NCBI GenBank assembly: GCA_041577335.1
Contig: JBFGJH010000006.1
Coordinates: 16,498 to 80,497, forward strand
Direction: 5' to 3'
Origin: Acidimicrobiia bacterium
GTDB lineage: Bacteria > Actinomycetota > Acidimicrobiia > Spongiisociales > JAENVV01
Length of the DNA stretch: 64,000 nucleotides
This document shows positions 58,759 to 64,000 of the stretch, one piece after another; position 1 is the stretch's first letter; each line of letters starts with the position of its first letter. The notes under the pieces are model-generated. The model saw only the letters and a program-made list of their open reading frames with translations, was not told the DNA's origin and did not search any database. The translations under genes and the position numbers were made by a program.

Positions 58759-60831
58759 ATGCGATTCACGGTTCGGCCCGGCACCGACCCCGTGGCGTCA
58801 GCAGACGCCACGTTGCTTGCCGCCATGGGCTTGCCCGGCGGCGGAGTCATCGCGATCGGCAGCACGCATGTCATGGTCCGCCCCGGCGCAGTACGGGAAC
58901 CGACCGGACTGCTGTTGGGGCCCATCGGCATGCGCAACGCCCGCGTGTCCGAAGGCCAGGCGATCGAGGCCAGACGGGCGGTGCTGCCGCACGCACAACG
59001 CATCGTGGTTGCCGGTGACGAGCTCCCCGGCAACCCAAAAGACCTGATTGCCGCGCTTCACGGAACGCCGGTCACACCCGGCGATACGCTCAGCATCGAC
59101 GCTTCGTACCTTTCCAACGGCGGCGATGGAGCCATCGAGCTGCAGGTGGTGGAGATGAAGCCTCCCAAAGCCGCCACCGTCGGCGTTGCCACGGTGATCG
59201 TGGCCGAGGGCGACTCGACACCGTCATTTGCTGCCGGCTCCGCCCCCCATGCCACCCGACCGGTTGGCGCCGGCGCCCCTCCCGCCGCGGAGACTTCCCA
59301 ACCAGAGTCTCTGGGACTCCCGTCTTCGCCCACGCGGGCTGACGCGCTGCTGGCAGGCCTCGAGTCGGAACTCGAGCTCATGACCGGCTGGCTGTCACTG
59401 CTCACGTCCGTCGAAGACCTGCCGTCGGCTTGGGGTCTCCCCCAGGTTGCCGGGATCCTTCTTCAGGGCCCGCCTGGCTGTGGTCAAGCCGAGTTGGTCG
59501 GCCGCGCCGCAGAAACGACCCGTGCCCGTGTGCATGAGGTTGATCTCGACCTGGTTTTCAAACCCGAGCGGCTCCTCGACCACCTCGAGAAAGCAGTGAA
59601 GACCACGAGCCCCCCGACCGTCATCTTCGTGAACCGGCTCGAGGCGGTTGCCGGCGAGGAAGGCCTGTCGCCGTTTCGGACCCAGGTCGCCGCCATCCTG
59701 AGGTGGTTTCTCGATGCAGTCGCCGAGAAGCCCGGGATCGCCGCCGTGTTGGGAGTGGCTTCGGTGGCACGGCTGGATTCGACCATCACGTCATCGCCTC
59801 TGCTCCCTCGGACGTTGTCGATACCGCCTCCTGATCTCGATCGCCGGAGCCTGCTCTTCGAGGCGGCGCTCGCCAAGGTCCCTACCGACAATGTCGACTA
59901 CGGGCGATTGGCGGCCCGTTCGGCGGGGTTCTCCGGCGCCGATATCGTCGCGGCGGTGGTGCACGCCTCCACCAGCGTGGCGATGAGCAGAACGCCCCTG
60001 ACCACGGAGGCAGTGGTCGCGGCCGTCGAAGAGACGACGCCCTCGCTCGGCTCGGCCTCGCTGGGGGAGATCCCGTCTTACGGCTTCGAGCGGGTGGCCG
60101 GCCTGGAGGACGTGAAACAGCGACTGACCGAAGCCGTGATCTGGCCGATGACCCAACCGGAGCGCTTCGCCCAACTGGGTATCGAGCCTCCCCGAGGGAT
60201 CCTGTTGCACGGCCCGCCCGGCACAGGCAAGACGTTCGTTGTTCGTGCCCTGGCCCACGAAGCAGGAGCTGCCTTCTTCCCTGTGAAAGGCGCAGAGCTT
60301 CTGGACAAATTCGTAGGCGAGTCCGAACGCGGCGTCCGCGAGGTCTTCGCCCGCGCTCGCGCCGCCGCCCCGTCCATCCTGTTCTTCGACGAGTTCGATG
60401 CTCTCGCGCCGGTCCGGGGCAGTTCGACGAGCTCGGTCACCGACTCTGTCGTCGCCGCCCTTCTCACGGAGATCGACGGTGTTCACGGCCGAGGTGACGT
60501 GGTCGTCGTGGCGGCCAGCAACCGCCGCGACCTCATCGATCCGGCCCTGCTCCGATCGGGCCGGTTCGAAGTCCATATCGAGCTCGGCCTCCCCGAGCAG
60601 GCGGCACGGCGCGCCCTGCTCGACATCGTCGACGTGCCGTTCGCCCCTATGGTCGACCTCGACGAATTGGCCAAGCGCACCGAGGGGATGTCGTTCGCCG
60701 ACATCACGGGGCTGCTCAGAGAAGCGGCCTTGGCCACCCTGCGAGGGGACGACCATGCTCTCGAAGTTGGTTGGGCGGAAATCGAAGGGGCGCTGGATCA
60801 CTTCGGCGAACGGGCCAACCACGGCGACTGA
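58759..60831 (+). CDS. CDC48/VCP-like double AAA+ ATPase
   Basis: D2 is intact (GPPGTGKT, FFDEFD, DPALLRSGRF). D1 is degenerate (GPPGCGQA, FVNR). Confidence 0.88.
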   Translation: MRFTVRPGTDPVASADATLLAAMGLPGGGVIAIGSTHVMVRPGAVREPTGLLLGPIGMRNARVSEGQAIEARRAVLPHAQRIVVAGDELPGNPKDLIAALHGTPVTPGDTLSIDASYLSNGGDGAIELQVVEMKPPKAATVGVATVIVAEGDSTPSFAAGSAPHATRPVGAGAPPAAETSQPESLGLPSSPTRADALLAGLESELELMTGWLSLLTSVEDLPSAWGLPQVAGILLQGPPGCGQAELVGRAAETTRARVHEVDLDLVFKPERLLDHLEKAVKTTSPPTVIFVNRLEAVAGEEGLSPFRTQVAAILRWFLDAVAEKPGIAAVLGVASVARLDSTITSSPLLPRTLSIPPPDLDRRSLLFEAALAKVPTDNVDYGRLAARSAGFSGADIVAAVVHASTSVAMSRTPLTTEAVVAAVEETTPSLGSASLGEIPSYGFERVAGLEDVKQRLTEAVIWPMTQPERFAQLGIEPPRGILLHGPPGTGKTFVVRALAHEAGAAFFPVKGAELLDKFVGESERGVREVFARARAAAPSILFFDEFDALAPVRGSSTSSVTDSVVAALLTEIDGVHGRGDVVVVAASNRRDLIDPALLRSGRFEVHIELGLPEQAARRALLDIVDVPFAPMVDLDELAKRTEGMSFADITGLLREAALATLRGDDHALEVGWAEIEGALDHFGERANHGD

Positions 60832-60851
60832 ACTCGCTGCGGCGCCAATAC

Positions 60852-61568
60852 TCACTCGCCGCCCATTCGGGCAATCGCCTGGGACAACGTGAACACGCCG
60901 TCGTACAGGGCCCGACCAACGATGGCTGCCACGGCTCCACCGGCCTGCAATGCCGTGAGGTGCTCCAGCGTGCCTACCCCTCCCGAGCCGATGACCGAAA
61001 GCGCGGGGTTGGCGGAAAGCACCTGGCGAACGAGGTCGACATCCGGCCCCGCCAGCGTCCCGTCGCGACTGATGGCGGTCACCATGGCCCATTTCACCCC
61101 GATGTCTGCCAACGATCTGATGACCCCACCGAGCTCCTTGCCCTCGTCGAGCCAGCCGGATCCGGTGGCATGGCGATCACGCACGTCCACCGCTGCCACG
61201 ACGCGATCAGCTCCGTGGGCGCGCACCGCCTCGCCAACGATTTCGGGCTCCCACACGGCAGCAGACCCCAAGACCACCCGATGGGCGCCCGCCGCAATCG
61301 CTTCATCGACCAGTGCATTGGTTCGGATGCCGCCTCCCACCTCGAAAGGGATGCCGGCCGCGCCGAAAGCCTCCCACATCGCGACGTCCGGCTGGCCGGT
61401 CTTGGCGCCTGCCAGGTCGACCAAGTGGACGAGCTCGGCTCCTTCATCGATCCAGCGACGGCCGAGCGTCACCGGGTCTCCCGCATACTCCGTCACGGCG
61501 TCGAAGTCCCCCCGCAAGAGCCTGACAACTCGGCCATCGAGCACGTCAACTGCCGGGATGATTTGCAT
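60852..61568 (-). CDS. hisA: ProFAR isomerase
   Basis: IIPAVDV..GRVVRL, HLVDL, EVGGGIR, SRDGTLAGPD, GSGG. Confidence 0.93.
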   Translation of the reverse strand: MQIIPAVDVLDGRVVRLLRGDFDAVTEYAGDPVTLGRRWIDEGAELVHLVDLAGAKTGQPDVAMWEAFGAAGIPFEVGGGIRTNALVDEAIAAGAHRVVLGSAAVWEPEIVGEAVRAHGADRVVAAVDVRDRHATGSGWLDEGKELGGVIRSLADIGVKWAMVTAISRDGTLAGPDVDLVRQVLSANPALSVIGSGGVGTLEHLTALQAGGAVAAIVGRALYDGVFTLSQAIARMGGE

Positions 61569-61592
61569 GGTGTCGATCTCTCTTGCCGCCGT

Positions 61593-61626
61593 GTTGTAAT
61601 GTGCTAACGTTTTAGCATGTTACAAC
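61593..61626. promoter_or_regulatory. 34-bp palindromic operator candidate between hisA and the TrpR-like/hisG/hisD unit
   Basis: GTTGTAATGTGCTAA-CGTT-TTAGCATGTTACAAC; 13 of 15 positions are complementary. Confidence 0.75.
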
Positions 61627-61647
61627 GTAGTGATTGTGGAGAGCAAC

Positions 61648-61947
61648 ATGGACGATCGTGATGATTGGCTCACTCCTGAGACCGAGGAGCTCCTGGCCGC
61701 CATCGTGGGGCTCCGCACCACCGAGGAGGCCGGGGCGTTTCTTCGAGACCTGTGCACCCATCGTGAAGTCATCGAGATGAGCCACCGGTGGCAGATAGTG
61801 CGGATGCTCGACGACGGGCTCCCCTACCGGGAAATCTCCGACAAAACAGGGGCGTCGACCGCCACGGTCACCCGAGTCGCTCAGTGGCTCAACCACGGAA
61901 TGGGTGGCTATCGCTTGGCGCTCGACCGCATGGCCGACTCCGCATGA
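61648..61947 (+). CDS. TrpR-like YerC/YecD family repressor (candidate histidine regulator)
   Basis: FLRDLCTHREV..MSHRW, YREI...TGASTATVTRVAQWL..G.GGY. Confidence 0.9.
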   Translation: MDDRDDWLTPETEELLAAIVGLRTTEEAGAFLRDLCTHREVIEMSHRWQIVRMLDDGLPYREISDKTGASTATVTRVAQWLNHGMGGYRLALDRMADSA

Positions 61948-62807
61948 CCGATCGAATTCTCCGTCTCGCCGTCCCCAACAAGGGACGCCTCATGGACCCG
62001 ACCACCCAGCTGCTCAAGGAGTCGGGGCTCGACTTCGAGCGGAATGGCCGGGCGCTCTCTGCCCACGTCCGCAACGTCGACCTCGACCTTCTGTTCGTCC
62101 GTGCCGACGACATTCCCGAACTCGTTGCGGATGAGGTCGCCGACCTGGGCATCACCGGCCAGGATCTTCTTGCCGAGTATGAGACCGCCCTCCCCGAACT
62201 GGTCACACTGGGCTACGGCAAATGTTCGCTCGTCGCTGCCGTGCCCAATGCCTCCGAAGCAGCAAAGATCGACGACCTGGCAGGCCTCACCGTTGCCAGC
62301 GCGCACCCCCGCGTGACCGAGCGTTTCTTCGCCGACCGCAATATCGATGTCACCTTGGTGCCTTTGAGAGGATCGGTGGAGGTTGCCCCCAAGCTCGGCG
62401 TGGCCGATGCCATCGTCGACCTCGTTTCCACCGGGAGCACCATGCTGGTCAATGGACTTCGCCCGGTCGACACCTTGTTGGTGTCCCAGGCCGTGCTGGT
62501 CGCCAACCGGGCCGCCATGGCTGGGCGGGCCGCCGAGATCGACCGCATCGCATTGGCGCTGGGCGCGGTCGCGTCGGCGCGTCTCAAGCGGTACCTCCTC
62601 CTCAACGCTCCTGCCGATGCCGTACCAGCCATCACGGAGATCATCCCTGGTTTGGGCGCTCCGACCGTAGTGCCCTTGGCCGATGCTGGGATGATCGCTG
62701 TCCACTCGGTCGTCGATTCCGATGCGGTGTGGAACCTCCTCCCCGACCTCAAGGCGGCCGGTGGGCGAGATATCTTGGTCTTGCCGATCGGGCAGATGAT
62801 CACATGA
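61944..62807 (+). CDS. hisG: ATP phosphoribosyltransferase, long form
   Basis: LRLAVPNKGRL, VRADDIP, GSVEVAP, ADAIVDLVSTGST, C-terminal regulatory domain. Confidence 0.95.
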   Translation: MTDRILRLAVPNKGRLMDPTTQLLKESGLDFERNGRALSAHVRNVDLDLLFVRADDIPELVADEVADLGITGQDLLAEYETALPELVTLGYGKCSLVAAVPNASEAAKIDDLAGLTVASAHPRVTERFFADRNIDVTLVPLRGSVEVAPKLGVADAIVDLVSTGSTMLVNGLRPVDTLLVSQAVLVANRAAMAGRAAEIDRIALALGAVASARLKRYLLLNAPADAVPAITEIIPGLGAPTVVPLADAGMIAVHSVVDSDAVWNLLPDLKAAGGRDILVLPIGQMIT

Positions 62808-64000
62808 GGCTCACCCGAGTCACCCTCGCCGACCTCCCCACCGGCGGACGCCGCCTTCTCACGCAGCGATCCGTCATTCCCGACGAAGCCACCCGGTCGA
62901 GGGCGTCCGCAATCGTGACCTCGGTTCGTGAGGGAGGCGACGAAGCCCTGGTCGAGGCGGGCGCCCGGTTTGGCGGCAGCAGGTCGGGGCCGCGCCGGGT
63001 CGCGGCTGAAGAATTGGACCAAGCCCTGGACGAACTCGATCCCGCGCTTCGGACGGCCCTCGAGGTTGCGGTGGAACGCGTGACCCTGTTCCACCGCGCG
63101 CAAGCCCCGAGCGAGCTGGTGGTGTCCAGCGAAGATGGCGTCGCCATCACCCGAACCTGGTCGCCGTTGCGCCGAGTGGGCGCGTACGTGCCGGGCGGCA
63201 AGGCGGCCTACCCATCGACACTGATCATGACGGTGGTACCGGCGTTCGTGGCGGGAGTCGAAGAGGTTGTGGTGGCCTCCCCCGCCGCCGACGACGGCTC
63301 AGTGCCTCCGGTCCTTTTCGCGACGGCCGCCCTGGTCGGAGTAACCGAACTCCATGTGATGGGCGGGGCTCAGGCAATCGCGGCTCTGGCGTACGGGACC
63401 CAAACCCTCGAAGCGGTGCAGAAGATCGTGGGCCCCGGCAATCGCTGGGTCACCGCCGCCAAATTGGCTGTTTTCGGTGACTGCGCCATCGATCTTCCGG
63501 CCGGCCCAAGCGAGGCGCTCGTGCTCGCCGACGCAACATCGAACCCGCGCTGGGTCGCAGTGGACATGCTTTGCCAAGCCGAGCACGGACCCGATTCACC
63601 GGCCGTGTTGGTGACCACCGATCCCGACGTCGCCGACGCCGTCGAACGAGAGATCAACGCGCTGCTCCCCGGACTCAAACGCTCGACGATCCTCGAGAAG
63701 TCTTTGGCCAACCACGGCCTTATCGCGATTGCCTCCGATCGCCGCGACGCATTGATGTTCGTCAACGAGTACGCCCCCGAACATGTCTCGCTCGCCACCG
63801 AAGATGCCGAACGCGACAGCAAGGAAGTCGTCGCGGCGGGTTCGGTCTATGTCGGCGCCTATGCGGCCGAATCGGCCGGCGACTATGCCACCGGAGCCAA
63901 CCACGTGCTTCCGACCGGAGGCCTGCCTGCTACGTACGGCCCGCTCTCCCTGGAGGACTTCGGGTCGTGGCGGCAGGTGCAGCGCATCAGCAAGGGTGGT
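62804..64000 (+). CDS. hisD: Histidinol dehydrogenase (runs off window end)
   Basis: VGAYVPGG, GGAQAIAALAYG, KIVGPGN, AGPSE, QAEH, PEH, GDYATGANHVLPT. Absent from the ORF track because there is no stop in the window. Confidence 0.96.
   Translation, partial: MRLTRVTLADLPTGGRRLLTQRSVIPDEATRSRASAIVTSVREGGDEALVEAGARFGGSRSGPRRVAAEELDQALDELDPALRTALEVAVERVTLFHRAQAPSELVVSSEDGVAITRTWSPLRRVGAYVPGGKAAYPSTLIMTVVPAFVAGVEEVVVASPAADDGSVPPVLFATAALVGVTELHVMGGAQAIAALAYGTQTLEAVQKIVGPGNRWVTAAKLAVFGDCAIDLPAGPSEALVLADATSNPRWVAVDMLCQAEHGPDSPAVLVTTDPDVADAVEREINALLPGLKRSTILEKSLANHGLIAIASDRRDALMFVNEYAPEHVSLATEDAERDSKEVVAAGSVYVGAYAAESAGDYATGANHVLPTGGLPATYGPLSLEDFGSWRQVQRISKGG

Noticed and set aside
59791-61092. 433-aa minus-strand ORF
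   Set aside because: Antisense shadow of the AAA ATPase, also overlapping hisA out of frame.
1-64000. CRISPR arrays, tRNA/rRNA genes, tandem repeat arrays
   Set aside because: No regularly spaced repeats or tRNA/rRNA signature motifs were seen by eye; tRNAscan-SE, barrnap and CRISPR finders would confirm.

Overview
High-GC actinobacterial chromosomal segment, probably Acidimicrobiia (inferred from gene content, an actinobacterial LexA box and many leaderless genes). It is mostly housekeeping. In order: start of the dcw cluster (mraZ-rsmH-ftsL-ftsI-murE-mraY, no murF), MoxR/DUF58/transglutaminase triad, dinB, type II FAS cluster (fabD-fabH-fabG-acpP-fabF), glgP, metallophosphoesterase-SRPBCC-ArsA-ROK operon, ilvD, queG, ilvBN-leuA-leuB with a Ile/Leu/Val leader-peptide attenuator, ABC exporter, tricorn protease, SOS-boxed DEDD/GIY-YIG nuclease, CDC48-like ATPase, and a his locus with a TrpR-like regulator. 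I found no rRNA, tRNA, CRISPR array or intact transposase. The best novelty candidates are four. (1) A coupled three-gene module at 42.6-45.6 kb: YIDP-motif micro-protein, NoeA-like kinase-fold/methyltransferase fusion, and a membrane sulfatase-fold protein. (2) An islet at 5.3-9.3 kb with an HNH nuclease carrying a PLMP-like N-terminus, a hairpin-rich spacer of about 500 nt and a catalytically dead serine-recombinase homologue. (3) A perfect 17-bp stem that sequesters the rsmH start. (4) A 34-bp palindromic operator in the his locus. Several small genes fall below the 60-aa cutoff of the ORF track. All family assignments come from motif recognition by eye, not from database searches.
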